NCBI GenBank assembly: GCA_015063625.1
Contig: SVTT01000005.1
Span: forward strand, 44,979-108,978
Direction: 5' to 3'
DNA length: 64,000 nt
Source: Oscillospiraceae bacterium
GTDB taxonomy: Bacteria; Bacillota; Clostridia; Oscillospirales; CAG-272
This document shows, in pieces, positions 52,968 through 62,655 of this stretch. How positions within the stretch are numbered: position 1 is the stretch's first letter; every line of letters starts with the position of its first letter. The translations under genes were made by a program, and so were the position numbers. The notes below the pieces were generated by a model. The model did no database searches, was not told the DNA's origin, and saw only the letters and a list, made by a program, of their open reading frames with translations.

Positions 52968-54290
52968 ATGTCACGCCTGTTCGGAAAAAGACACTGGCTG
53001 ATCCTGCTGCTCTTCGGTCTTGTGGGGCAGATCGCATGGTCGGTCGAAAATATGTATTTCAATCTCTTTGTGTTTGAAACCATCGCGCCCGATCTCGATA
53101 CCGTCACTCTGATGGTGCAGTGCTCGGGCGTGGTCGCGACCCTGGTCACGCTGGTGGCAGGCACGCTTTCGGATAAGCTCGGAAACCGTCGTGCGCTGAT
53201 CTCGTGGGGGTATCTCATCTGGGGTGTCACGGTGGCTTTTTTCGGCATGATCAGCACGGAGCGCGTGGCTGCAATGACGGGCACGGTGGGGGCAAGAGCA
53301 CTCGGCATCACGCTTGGTCTGGTGGTGGTTGCCGACTGCGTAATGACGGTGTTCGGCTCTACTGCCAACGATGCTGCGTTTAACGCTTGGGTCACCGACA
53401 ATACCGAGGAGGCATATCGCGGAAAGGTGGAGAGCGTGCTTTCGGTGCTTCCTCTGATCGCCATGCTGATCGTGGCGGGCGGATTCGGCATGCTGGTGGA
53501 GGGCATCGGCTACCGCGGTCTTTTCCTTCTGCTCGGCGTCTTCATTTCGCTTTGCGGTGCGGTGGGCATTCGGCTGATCAAGGATCGCGAAACGCTGGTC
53601 AAAAGCGGCACGCTGCTCGATATGAGCTTTGGCTTTCGCCCCTGTGTGATCCGCGAAAACCCCGCCTTTTATCTCACGCTCTGCATCATCGGCGTTTACG
53701 GCGTTGCCTGCCAGATCTTTATGCCCTATCTCATCATTTACATGAAAACCTATCTCGGCTTCACTACGGTCGAATACAGCGTGGTGTTCGGTGCCGCCAT
53801 CGTGCTCGGCGCGATCGTGAATGTATTCCTTGGCGGTGTCAGCGACCGCATGGACAAAACCGGTCTTCTGTATGCCGCAACGGGTGTGATGGCAATCGGG
53901 CTTTTCGGGATGTTTCTTGCAAAGGAGGGGAGTAAGACCCTTCTGCTTCTGCTGTTCGGGCTCGCGGGCTTTGTGATGATCACGGGATATATTCTGGTGT
54001 CGGCGCTCTGCGGCGCCTTGGTGCGCGACTATACACCCGAGGCTGCGGCGGGCAAGCTTCAGGGTGTTCGTATGATCTTTGCGGTGTTGATCCCGATGGT
54101 GGTGGGCCCCATGATCGGTAACGCCATCAACAGGGCGGCGGCGATCCCGCTTCCCGATCTCGGCAGTGCCGATACCATGACCACACAGTACATCCCCGCC
54201 CCCGCCATCTTCTTGGTGGGTGCGGCAGTCACGCTTTTGATGCTTGTGTTGATCCCGTTTCTCCGTCGGGTCACGCGAAAGGAGAGCTGA
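52968..54290 (+). CDS. MFS-type sugar/glycoside transporter
   Basis: 440 aa, 12 TM. The N-terminus, WLILLLFGLVGQIAWSVENMYFNLFVF, resembles the GPH/MFS glycoside transporter type. A TTTACA-17-TACAAT promoter lies at 52908-52936. Confidence 0.7.
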   Translation: MSRLFGKRHWLILLLFGLVGQIAWSVENMYFNLFVFETIAPDLDTVTLMVQCSGVVATLVTLVAGTLSDKLGNRRALISWGYLIWGVTVAFFGMISTERVAAMTGTVGARALGITLGLVVVADCVMTVFGSTANDAAFNAWVTDNTEEAYRGKVESVLSVLPLIAMLIVAGGFGMLVEGIGYRGLFLLLGVFISLCGAVGIRLIKDRETLVKSGTLLDMSFGFRPCVIRENPAFYLTLCIIGVYGVACQIFMPYLIIYMKTYLGFTTVEYSVVFGAAIVLGAIVNVFLGGVSDRMDKTGLLYAATGVMAIGLFGMFLAKEGSKTLLLLLFGLAGFVMITGYILVSALCGALVRDYTPEAAAGKLQGVRMIFAVLIPMVVGPMIGNAINRAAAIPLPDLGSADTMTTQYIPAPAIFLVGAAVTLLMLVLIPFLRRVTRKES

Positions 54291-54293
54291 GCC

Positions 54294-56030
54294 ATGCATT
54301 TGTCGACCGATTATTTGATCAAGGATATCCCACACAGCGAGCATCCCATGCCCCAGGCAATGCGCGAGAACTGGCTTTGCCTCAATGGCATATGGAAGCT
54401 TAAGAAGCATAACGGGGCGGGAAAATGCGTATTTGAGGGTGAGGTTCTCGTGCCATTTTCGCCCGAGACTCTCAATAGCGGCGTGCCCGAGGGCTTTGTG
54501 CTTTACGCGGGCGAAACGCTCCTGTACGAGCGCTCCTTCGTGCTGGACAAGCGTCTGCTCGGCGGCAGGACGGTGTTGCATTTCGGCGCGGTGGACAGCG
54601 AGTGCGAGGTCTTTTTTAACGGCGAGCGCGTGGGAGCGCACAAGGGGGGCTTTACCGCCTTTTCCTTTGACGTGACGGCGCTTGCCAAAAAGGGAGAGAA
54701 CAAGGTCCTGCTGACTGTCAGGGACGAGGCGCTGCGCACCGGCATGGGCAGAGGCAAGCAGAGTGAGCGCCGCGGCGGTATCTGGTACACGCCGCAAAGC
54801 GGCATCTGGCAGACGGTTTGGATCGAGAGCATGCCGAAAACGCCCATCGAGGGCCTGCGGATCACTCCCGATGCCGAGAAAAAGGAGGTTCTTGTCGAGG
54901 CGCACAGCGGCGGGCTTTTGCAGACCGTGACCGTGCTTGACGAGGGCAAGGAGATCCTCTCGATGCGTTTTGCCGAGTCGGTCACGCTTCGCTACGATTT
55001 CACCCTTTGGTCCCCCGAATGCCCCAAGCTTTACGATATGGTGATCACCAACGAGGCAGGGGATAGCGTTCGCTCCTATTTCGGCGTGCGTTCCTTCGGG
55101 ATCGTCAGGGACGGTATGGGAAAACAGCGCCTTTCACTCAACGGCAAGCCCTATTTCTTCAGCGGCGTTCTCGATCAGGGCTACTGGTCTGACGGAATGC
55201 TGACCTATCCGACCGACGAGGCGGCGTATGAGGAGCTTTTCCTCTTGAAGCAGATGGGCTTTAATATGGTGAGAAAGCACATCAAGCTGGAGCCGATGCG
55301 TTGGTACTACCACTGTGACCGCCTGGGTCTGGTGGTCTGGCAGGATTTTGTCAACGGCGGCGGGAATTACCGCTTTACGCACGTGGCGGCATTCCCCTTT
55401 CTCGGCTTTCATCACAGGGATGACGATTACGCCTATTTCGCACGCGAGGATCAAGCGGGAAGAGAAGCGTTTGAGCGCGAGGCGGAGGAAACGGTAGATC
55501 AGCTTTATAACACGGTTTCGGTCGGTCTTTGGGTTCCCTTCAACGAGGGCTGGGGGCAGTTTGACTCGGCGCGCATCACTGCATGGCTCCGTCAAAAGGA
55601 CCCCACCCGTGTCATTGATTCGGTCAGCGGCTGGCACGACCAGGGGGTGGAGAAGACCGCGCTCAGGAGTCTTCATACCTATTACACTCCTTTGCGTGTG
55701 CCGAAGGATCCGCGCCCTGTGGTGCTCAGCGAATTCGGGGGCTATTCGATGAAGGTGTCGGGGCACGTGTTTGACCCCGACAAGGAATTTGGTTATAAGA
55801 GGTTTAAAGCACAAGGCGCGCTGGTCGCGGCGCTCGACGAGCTGTATCTTGAAAAGCTGCTTCCCCTGATCGGCAAAGGACTTTCGGCATCGGTCTATAC
55901 GCAGGTCTCGGACGTGGAGGAGGAGATCAACGGGCTTGTTACCTATGACAGAAAGGTGGTCAAGGTGCCCGTGGCAGCCATGCGACGGTTGAACGACGCT
56001 TTGCTTGAGGAAGCGAAAAAAATTCAGTAA
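54294..56030 (+). CDS. glycoside hydrolase family 2 enzyme (beta-galactosidase/glucuronidase-like)
   Basis: 578 aa. The sugar-binding N-domain has VFFNGERVGAHKGGFTAFSFDVT. It also has GIWQTVWIES. The TIM barrel has GFNMVRKHIKLEP..WYYHCDRLGLVVWQDF and NEGWGQ. Confidence 0.85.
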   Translation: MHLSTDYLIKDIPHSEHPMPQAMRENWLCLNGIWKLKKHNGAGKCVFEGEVLVPFSPETLNSGVPEGFVLYAGETLLYERSFVLDKRLLGGRTVLHFGAVDSECEVFFNGERVGAHKGGFTAFSFDVTALAKKGENKVLLTVRDEALRTGMGRGKQSERRGGIWYTPQSGIWQTVWIESMPKTPIEGLRITPDAEKKEVLVEAHSGGLLQTVTVLDEGKEILSMRFAESVTLRYDFTLWSPECPKLYDMVITNEAGDSVRSYFGVRSFGIVRDGMGKQRLSLNGKPYFFSGVLDQGYWSDGMLTYPTDEAAYEELFLLKQMGFNMVRKHIKLEPMRWYYHCDRLGLVVWQDFVNGGGNYRFTHVAAFPFLGFHHRDDDYAYFAREDQAGREAFEREAEETVDQLYNTVSVGLWVPFNEGWGQFDSARITAWLRQKDPTRVIDSVSGWHDQGVEKTALRSLHTYYTPLRVPKDPRPVVLSEFGGYSMKVSGHVFDPDKEFGYKRFKAQGALVAALDELYLEKLLPLIGKGLSASVYTQVSDVEEEINGLVTYDRKVVKVPVAAMRRLNDALLEEAKKIQ

Positions 56031-56034
56031 AAGG

Positions 56035-56076
56035 AAAGCCCCGTTGCGGCAAATGCCGCAACGGGGCGTGTTTTTT
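56035..56076 (+). terminator. bidirectional terminator
   Basis: GCCCCGTTGCGGC-AAAT-GCCGCAACGGGGC followed by GTGTTTTTT. Confidence 0.7.
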
Positions 56077-57050
56077 CAGTTGGATCTCGGTGGGGCAGTG
56101 GTCTTGCGTATCATCAGTTTTCCCGCAACGGCGATCTGACGGAGCACCGTGTAATGCCGCTTTTCCATCTTTTCCTTGAGAAGATCCCATGCGATCTCCA
56201 TCGCCTCGGTGGTGCCGAAGGAGATCGAGGTGAGGGGCTTTTCCATATAGGAGGAGGCGGTGATGTCGTCCATGCCGATCACCGATATGTCGTCGGGCAC
56301 CCGCAAGCCCCTGTCGCCGAAGTGCTTGATGGCGCCTGCGGCAATGTAGTCGTAGGCGGCAATGACGGCGGTGGTCTCGGGCGCGGCGGCAAGCAGACGT
56401 GACGCACCCTCCTCGCCCGCCTTTTCAAAGCGGCTGCTTGAAACGATCATCGCCTTCTCGTCCACGGGAAGCCCACAGCGCGCCATTGCGCGGCGGAAGG
56501 CCACCTCCTTGGTGTCGGTCAGTGACTCGCCGATAAAGCCGATATGGTGATGACCGAGCGAGGCAAGATGGGAAACGGCGTCAAGGATGGATGACTCTGT
56601 GTCAACGTAAACGTGATCCACGTGCAGATTGCGGTTGCCGAGCAGTGAAACAATGGGGATGTCAAAACCCTTTTTCGGAGGTGTCTCCAGCCCAAATACG
56701 AGAATGCCGTCGACCGCGAGGTAGGAGGCATAGTATTCCAGCAGCTCGTTGCGTGCCGTTCGGGAAAAACGGTCGGTGGAGATCAGCGCAAGACCGCCGT
56801 CGCGCTCGATCATGCTCTGCAGGCGCTCGATGGCGGAGGCGTAAAAGTCGCTTCGCAGCTCGGGGCAGATCAGCGCAACGATCTTCTTTTGATATTTCTC
56901 CCTGTGGTACTTCAGATAGCAGCCCTGCTCCTTGGCGATCCGCAGGATCTCCTCCTTGGTTTCCTTACTCACGTCGGGTGCGTCGTGGAAGGCCTTGGAT
57001 ACCGTGGACACCGAATAGTTTGTCAGCCTGGCAAGCTCGCGCAGCGTCAT
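56076..57050 (-). CDS. LacI-family transcriptional regulator
   Basis: 324 aa. The N-terminal HTH is MTLRELARLTNYSVSTVSKAF, followed by a periplasmic-binding-protein-like sugar-binding core. Confidence 0.88.
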   Translation of the reverse strand: MTLRELARLTNYSVSTVSKAFHDAPDVSKETKEEILRIAKEQGCYLKYHREKYQKKIVALICPELRSDFYASAIERLQSMIERDGGLALISTDRFSRTARNELLEYYASYLAVDGILVFGLETPPKKGFDIPIVSLLGNRNLHVDHVYVDTESSILDAVSHLASLGHHHIGFIGESLTDTKEVAFRRAMARCGLPVDEKAMIVSSSRFEKAGEEGASRLLAAAPETTAVIAAYDYIAAGAIKHFGDRGLRVPDDISVIGMDDITASSYMEKPLTSISFGTTEAMEIAWDLLKEKMEKRHYTVLRQIAVAGKLMIRKTTAPPRSN

Positions 57051-57310
57051 GTCGCTTCTCCTTTCACAGTGTGTGAGGATGCACGCTTATTTTAGCATGA
57101 AAACGGTCGAAAATCAAGTGATTCGAAAAAAATTCGTTCCATGTTTCGCTGCCCCTGAGTGCGTGTTCACAAAAAGCGAGGATTCGGGAGGATTTTGAAG
57201 GATTCGGGAGAATGAGAGAGTTTTTTTGGCTTTAAATCGGAAAAACCCCGTTCTTTTCGGGCAGATTGCGCGAGATTTCGCCTATTTGCGATTTTTTTAT
57301 GAGAAAACTA

Positions 57311-57339
57311 TTGCAATTTTTTTCTGTTTCTGCTACAAT
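57311..57339 (+). promoter_or_regulatory. sigma-A type promoter of potABCD
   Basis: TTGCAA (57311-57316), a 17-nt spacer, then TACAAT (57334-57339). Confidence 0.5.
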
Positions 57340-57428
57340 ATCGCTTGTGATACAGGGCGTGGCTCGGCGGGCTCTTTCTTCCGCGGTGTCCCCCTCCCAT
57401 CTTTGCCTTCAAGGAGTATTTATGCGGA

Positions 57429-58565
57429 ATGAAAAACAAGCTGATCGAACTGAGGTCCATCAGTAAATCTTTTGATGGTGAGCAGGTGCTTTGCGGCATC
57501 GATCTCGACATTCATGACAAAGAATTTATCACCCTGCTCGGCCCCTCGGGCTGCGGCAAGACCACCACGCTTCGCATCATCGGCGGCTTTGAAACGCCCG
57601 ACGGGGGAGATGTGTTTTTTGACGGCAAGCGCATCAACGACGTCCCCCCCTATCAGCGTCAGGTCAATACCGTGTTTCAGAAATATGCGCTTTTCCCCCA
57701 TCTCAACGTTTACGACAACGTGGCGTTCGGGCTTCGCCTGCAGAAGGTCAAGGAGGAGGAGATCCTCGAGCGCGTGCGCGAGATGCTCGCGATGACGGGA
57801 CTTCGCGGCTTTGAGAACCGCCGCACGACCACCCTGTCGGGCGGTCAGCAGCAGCGTGTTGCCATCGCGCGTGCGCTGATCAACCGTCCGCGCGTTCTGC
57901 TGCTTGATGAGCCCCTCGGTGCACTGGATCTGAAGCTGCGCAAGGACATGCAAAATGAGCTCAAGCGCATTCAGCACGCCACGGGCATTACCTTTATTTA
58001 CGTCACGCATGACCAGGAGGAGGCGCTCTCCATGTCGGATACCGTTGTTGTTATGGCAAACGGTAAGATCCAGCAGATCGGCTCCCCCACCGATATTTAC
58101 AACGAGCCGGTCAATGCCTTTGTTGCCGACTTTATCGGTGAATCCAACATCATCGATGGCATCATGCTTTCCGATCGCAGGGCTCGCTTCGCGGGGCACA
58201 CCTTCGAGTGCGTTGACAGCGGCTTTTCGCCCAACGAGTCGGTGGATATCGTCATCCGTCCCGAGGACGTGGACGTGGTGCCGGTGGAGAAGGGCATGCT
58301 CGCGGGCAAGGTCACCTCTGTCACCTTCAAGGGCGATTATTACGAGATCATCGTGGACGTGTGCGGCTTCAAATGGATGATCGAAACCTCGGATTACGTT
58401 GCTCCCGAGGCAAAGATCGGTATTCATATCGAGCCCGATGCCATCCACGTGATGAAGAAGTCCGAGTATTCGGGCATGTTCGGCGACTACTCCACCTTCT
58501 CGGAGGAGATGGATCATCTCTCGGATCCCGATGCCGAGGTGGAGAGCGAGGAGGGCGAGGAATGA
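57429..58565 (+). CDS. potA: spermidine/putrescine ABC transporter ATP-binding protein
   Basis: 378 aa with Walker [25 protein letters not shown] and [13 protein letters not shown]-terminal TOBE-like regulatory domain is present. Confidence 0.9.
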   Translation: MKNKLIELRSISKSFDGEQVLCGIDLDIHDKEFITLLGPSGCGKTTTLRIIGGFETPDGGDVFFDGKRINDVPPYQRQVNTVFQKYALFPHLNVYDNVAFGLRLQKVKEEEILERVREMLAMTGLRGFENRRTTTLSGGQQQRVAIARALINRPRVLLLDEPLGALDLKLRKDMQNELKRIQHATGITFIYVTHDQEEALSMSDTVVVMANGKIQQIGSPTDIYNEPVNAFVADFIGESNIIDGIMLSDRRARFAGHTFECVDSGFSPNESVDIVIRPEDVDVVPVEKGMLAGKVTSVTFKGDYYEIIVDVCGFKWMIETSDYVAPEAKIGIHIEPDAIHVMKKSEYSGMFGDYSTFSEEMDHLSDPDAEVESEEGEE

Positions 58566-59389
58566 AGCAGAAGCGCTCGCTTTTGGAACGGGCGGCTGCC
58601 GTTCCCCATATGCTTTGGGCAGTGCTGTTTATCATCGGCCCGCTTTTGTTCGTCCTCTATTTTGCTTTTACCGATACCAAGGGAGAATTCTCGTTTTCCA
58701 ATATCGAGCTGCTCTCCTCGTATTCGCACATCTTTTTTTTGTCGATCTGCTTTTCGCTGGTGGCGACCGCGTTTTGCCTGTTGATCGGCTATCCGCTTGC
58801 CTTCGTGATGTCGCGCGCCAAGCCATCCACGCAAAAGCTGCTTACCGTTCTTTTGATGCTGCCGATGTGGATCAGCCTGCTCATCCGTACCTATTCGCTG
58901 ATGACGCTGCTTGATAACGGAGGACTGGTCAATTCCTTGCTCACCTCGATGGGGCTTGCCCCCGTGACCATCGTTGGCACGGGAGGTGCGGTCATTCTGG
59001 GCATGATCTATGATTTTCTGCCTTATATGGTGCTGCCCATTTACACCTCCATGAGCAAGCTGGACGGGCGCTATCTGGAGGCGGCGGCGGATCTCGGCTG
59101 TAACGGCTTTCAGACGCTGTTTCGCGTGATACTGCCCCTGACGGTGCCGGGCATCGTGTCGGGCGTCACTATGGTTTTTGTGCCCTCGATCTCTACCTTC
59201 TATATTTCGCAAAAGCTGGGCGGCGGTAACTTTGACCTGATCGGCGATACCATTGAGCGTCAGTTTAAGTTTACCTCAACCTATCACGTCGGTGCGGCGC
59301 TCTCTTTGGTGATGATGATCCTGATCCTCATCTCGATCGCCGTCATGAACCGATTTTCGGATTCTGATGGGGAGGACATGCCGATATGA
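58562..59389 (+). CDS. potB: spermidine/putrescine ABC transporter permease
   Basis: ATG at 58562 (codon 68 of the track ORF) overlaps the potA stop (ATGA). It has 6 TM and the EAA loop [26 protein letters not shown]. Confidence 0.88.
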   Translation: MKQKRSLLERAAAVPHMLWAVLFIIGPLLFVLYFAFTDTKGEFSFSNIELLSSYSHIFFLSICFSLVATAFCLLIGYPLAFVMSRAKPSTQKLLTVLLMLPMWISLLIRTYSLMTLLDNGGLVNSLLTSMGLAPVTIVGTGGAVILGMIYDFLPYMVLPIYTSMSKLDGRYLEAAADLGCNGFQTLFRVILPLTVPGIVSGVTMVFVPSISTFYISQKLGGGNFDLIGDTIERQFKFTSTYHVGAALSLVMMILILISIAVMNRFSDSDGEDMPI

Positions 59390-60192
59390 AGATCCTTTCC
59401 CGTACTTATATGTGGGTGGTGTTCGCTCTGCTCTATGCCCCCATCCTGGTCCTTGTGATCTTTTCCTTCAATGACGGTGGCTCGCTTGCGTCGTACACGG
59501 GCTTTTCCTTCCGTTGGTACGGAGAGCTGTTTCATGACAGCGTGGCATTGCAGTCGCTGAAGAATTCGCTTTTTCTTGCCGTGTCCTCGTCCCTGCTTGC
59601 CACGCTGATCGGCACCTTTGCGGCGCTCGGGCTTGACCGCATGCGCAACCGCTATGTCAAGGGCGCCGTGAATGCCGTGACCAATATCCCCATGATGAAT
59701 CCCGATATCGTCACGGGCGTTTCGCTGATGCTGCTCTTTGTGGCGGTGGGCGGTATACTGGGGCTCTCGGAGATCCTTGGCAGATGGACCATGCTGATGG
59801 CGCACACGACCTTCAGCCTGCCTTACGTGATCCTGTCGGTCCTGCCCCGATTCCGTCAGTTTGACAGGACGTTGCGTGAGGCGGCACTCGATCTTGGCTG
59901 TACCCCCTGGCAGAGCTTTTATAAGGTAGAGCTGCCCGCGATCCTACCGGGCGTGTTCTCGGGGCTTGTGATGGCGTTCACGCTCTCGCTTGACGATTTC
60001 GTGATCAGCCATTTTGTCAGCTCGCCCGATTTCCAGACCCTGCCTCTTTACATCTATAACCAGACTGCGCACAATGTCAAGTACAGCATGTACGCGCTTT
60101 GTACGCTCATCATCTTCACCATCCTCGCGCTGCTCCTGGTCATCAACTTTGCGGGGAGCATCGGCAAGCGCAGAAAGGAGGGGGCAAAATGA
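59386..60192 (+). CDS. potC: spermidine/putrescine ABC transporter permease
   Basis: 268 aa with the EAA loop REAALDLGCTPWQSFYKVELPAILPG. It overlaps the potB stop. Confidence 0.88.
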   Translation: MKILSRTYMWVVFALLYAPILVLVIFSFNDGGSLASYTGFSFRWYGELFHDSVALQSLKNSLFLAVSSSLLATLIGTFAALGLDRMRNRYVKGAVNAVTNIPMMNPDIVTGVSLMLLFVAVGGILGLSEILGRWTMLMAHTTFSLPYVILSVLPRFRQFDRTLREAALDLGCTPWQSFYKVELPAILPGVFSGLVMAFTLSLDDFVISHFVSSPDFQTLPLYIYNQTAHNVKYSMYALCTLIIFTILALLLVINFAGSIGKRRKEGAK

Positions 60193-61427
60193 AAAAAACC
60201 GTGACCGTATGCCTGCTTCTTGCGTTGCTTCTGATGCTCATCCCCCAGCTTGCATCCTGCAAAAAAGGGGGAGTCACCACCCTTTACGTTTATAACTGGG
60301 GAGAGTATATCTCGGATGGCTCGGAGGGCACAATGGATGTCAATGCCGCCTTTGAGGAATGGTATTTCGACACCTATGGCGAGCGCGTCGAGGTCAATTA
60401 TTCCACCTATTCCTCCAATGAGGATATGTATGCCAAGCTGAGCAGCGGTGCGTCGGAGTACGACATCGTCATTCCGTCCGATTACATGATCGCCCGTATG
60501 ATCGAGGAGGAGCTATTAAGACCGCTTGATTTCTCCAACATCCCCAATTCGGTATATATCGACCTTGAGGCGATGTTTGGCGCCGAGGCGCCCTATTACG
60601 ATCCCACGCAGTCCTATTCGGTTCCGTACACCTACGGCACCATCGGCATCATTTATAATAAGACCATGGTGGACGAGGCGGATCTCGGCTCTTGGGATAT
60701 CATGTGGAACGAGAAGTATACGGGCAACATTCTGCAATTCAACAACTCGCGTGACGCCTTTGCCACCGCACTGTTCAAGCTTGGCTACAGTGTCAATACT
60801 GACAGCGAGGCGGAGTGGCAGGAGGCGCTGGCGCTGCTCAAGTCGCAAAAGCCCATTGTGCAGGGCTACGTCATGGATGAGATCTTCAATAAGATGGAGA
60901 ACGGCTCTGCCGCCATCGCGCCCTATTATGCGGGAGATTTCTTCACCATGTACGGGGATAATGAGGATCTCGGCTTCTTCTATCCAAGCGAGGGGACCAA
61001 CGTGTTTGTGGATGCCATGTGCATTCCCACCACCAGTAAGAACCCCGAGATCGCAGAGCGTTATATCAACTTCATGCTTTCAAAGGAGGCGGCGATCGCC
61101 AATGCGGAGTATATGTGCTACGCCTCTCCGAACCGACTTGTCACCGAGGATGCCGACTACCGCGCCGCGATGGAGGAGCTTCATCCCGACGCGATGGAGA
61201 TCCTTTACGGCACAGGAGAGATGAGGCTGGAGTTCTATGAAAATCTGCCCGAGCAGAAGCTGATGATGCTCAGTCATCTTTGGGAGGACCTGAAGATCGA
61301 AAGCCCCATCAATACCTCCATCATCGTGATGGCAGGCGTGATCGCAGGAGGGCTGTGCACTGCCTTCGTGTTCTTTGCGATACGCCGCTATCGCCGAAAA
61401 AAGCTGCTTGTAAGGCTGTGGCAATAA
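60189..61427 (+). CDS. potD: spermidine/putrescine-binding lipoprotein with an extra C-terminal TM helix
   Basis: ATG at 60189 (codon 31 of the track ORF). The lipobox is QLASC. The PotD-like core has LYVYNWGEYI and DIVIPSDYMI. The C-terminal hydrophobic segment is IIVMAGVIAGGLCTAFVFFAI, followed by RRYRRKK. Confidence 0.85.
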   Translation: MKKTVTVCLLLALLLMLIPQLASCKKGGVTTLYVYNWGEYISDGSEGTMDVNAAFEEWYFDTYGERVEVNYSTYSSNEDMYAKLSSGASEYDIVIPSDYMIARMIEEELLRPLDFSNIPNSVYIDLEAMFGAEAPYYDPTQSYSVPYTYGTIGIIYNKTMVDEADLGSWDIMWNEKYTGNILQFNNSRDAFATALFKLGYSVNTDSEAEWQEALALLKSQKPIVQGYVMDEIFNKMENGSAAIAPYYAGDFFTMYGDNEDLGFFYPSEGTNVFVDAMCIPTTSKNPEIAERYINFMLSKEAAIANAEYMCYASPNRLVTEDADYRAAMEELHPDAMEILYGTGEMRLEFYENLPEQKLMMLSHLWEDLKIESPINTSIIVMAGVIAGGLCTAFVFFAIRRYRRKKLLVRLWQ

Positions 61428-61473
61428 AAACGACCCCGTTCGGGCAAAGGATCAGCCCGAACGGGGTCTTTTC
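61426..61473 (+). terminator. intrinsic terminator after potD
   Basis: GACCCCGTTCGGGC-AAAGGATCA-GCCCGAACGGGGTC followed by TTTTC. Confidence 0.7.
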
Positions 61474-61501
61474 ATAAAGCAGGTTTTACAACCGCAAAAA
61501 C

Positions 61502-61794
61502 AAAAGGAGTACGAACATTTGTTTGTACTCTTTTTCACACGCCTTGCCTGCAAGGTATAGTGTGTTACATTATACTTTTGTTTTTTGGGTGGTAAAAGGT
61601 GAAGTTTTCGCTATCGCGAAAGTGAAGTTGCTATGCAGTGAAGTTTGTGCTGCGCACAAGTGAAGTTAAGTTTGCCCACTTTGCCGAAGGCAAAACTTCA
61701 CTATCCGCAGGATAACTTCACTTACGCAGTAAACTTCACTTGCCCCTTGGGGCAAACTTAGTTGGGGCACCTGCAATATCGCAGGTGTCCCAAC
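61502..61794 (-). repeat. zipper element, copy C (inverted orientation)
   Basis: On the plus strand, GTGAAGTT occurs at 61599, 61622, 61638 and 61660, and AACTTCAC at 61694, 61714 and 61732. Its reverse complement aligns with copy B at roughly 85-90% by eye. The capping hairpins lie at 61502-61535 and 61761-61794. Confidence 0.75.
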
Positions 61795-61803
61795 GGGGTT
61801 CCT

Positions 61804-62361
61804 TCATTTCAAAAACTGCCTGGCAAAAAGAGAGGCGGTCAGAACGGTCAGCGCAAGATTTTGACCGAAGCGCAGAAGCATGCAGGAGGATAGGGCGAAC
61901 AGGAGGAGCAGCGTGAGGTAGGTGGTCACGGAAAGGATCTCTTCAGCGACCGTGATCCCAAAGAGGCGCGCCAGCAGGCAGTAAAGGATGCGTCCTCCGT
62001 CAAAGCCGGCAATGGGTGCACTGTTAAACAGTGCAAATGAGAGCGTGGCGGTGAGGACAAGACGGGCAAAGGGGAACGCATGGGGCAGTAGAAGCAGCCC
62101 GAGCAGGAGGGAAAAGGCGGGGCCTGCCGCCGCCAGCAGCAGCTCTGCACGGTAGGATGGGATCTGGGCGGCGGGATAGATCCTTGCGCCAAAGAGATCC
62201 AATTCAATGGAGCGTAGGCGGATCGAGAGCAGCCTTGCCGCCAGTAGATGACCGCACTCATGGAATAGGGCGGCAAGCGTTGCGGCAAGGAAGAGCTGCT
62301 TTTGCGTGATCGCCATGACAGCGTAAAATAAAACGGTTTCGGGAGAAATTCTGATCTTCAT
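61804..62361 (-). CDS. M50-family (site-2 protease type) membrane metalloprotease, short form
   Basis: ATG at 62361 inside track ORF 61804..62703, giving 185 aa. The HExxH motif is within ALFHECGHLLAA. The second motif, NSAPIAGFDGG, is the NxxPxxxxDG type. It has 5 TM. The rest of the track ORF is antisense to tRNA-Leu. Confidence 0.75.
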   Translation of the reverse strand: MKIRISPETVLFYAVMAITQKQLFLAATLAALFHECGHLLAARLLSIRLRSIELDLFGARIYPAAQIPSYRAELLLAAAGPAFSLLLGLLLLPHAFPFARLVLTATLSFALFNSAPIAGFDGGRILYCLLARLFGITVAEEILSVTTYLTLLLLFALSSCMLLRFGQNLALTVLTASLFARQFLK

Positions 62362-62527
62362 AGGCACCCCTTTCCTGATACGGCATATTCTATGCGGTAT
62401 CGGCATGTCCCGAAAACCGATTTTTTTGGGGAGGTGCTTTGCTGACCTGTCGCGATAAGATCTTTCGTGGGGTGAGAGCCTCGTGGCGGTGCGATAAAAA
62501 AACTTCCAAAAACTTTTCAAAAAGGGC

Positions 62528-62556
62528 TTGACAATCCACCCCTTGTTCGGTATAAT
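62528..62556 (+). promoter_or_regulatory. sigma-A type promoter for tRNA-Leu
   Basis: TTGACA (62528-62533), a 17-nt spacer, then TATAAT (62551-62556). Confidence 0.6.
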
Positions 62557-62570
62557 AATAACGTTGCCAT

Positions 62571-62655
62571 GCGAGAGTGGCGGAACTGGCAGACGCGCAC
62601 GTTTGAGGGGCGTGTGATTTCCATCGTACGGGTTCAAGTCCCGTCTCTCGCACCA
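62571..62655 (+). tRNA. tRNA-Leu (anticodon GAG), class II with long variable arm, CCA encoded
   Basis: Acceptor GCGAGAG pairs with CTCTCGC. The anticodon stem is CACGT/GCGTG with loop TT-GAG-GG. The variable arm is TGATTTCCATCGTAC and the T-arm is ACGGG-TTCAAGT-CCCGT. Length 85 nt. Confidence 0.92.

Noticed and set aside
52971-54905. 644-aa minus-strand ORF
   Set aside because: It is antisense to the MFS transporter and the start of the GH2 gene. It is H/R/D/K-rich and crosses an intergenic boundary, so it is not credible.
57097-57112. ATGAAAACGGTCGAAA as a cre/LacI-type operator upstream of the LacI-family gene
   Set aside because: It deviates from the cre consensus (WTGNAANCGNWNNCW) at a conserved C and is only weakly palindromic. 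It cannot be supported without comparative data.
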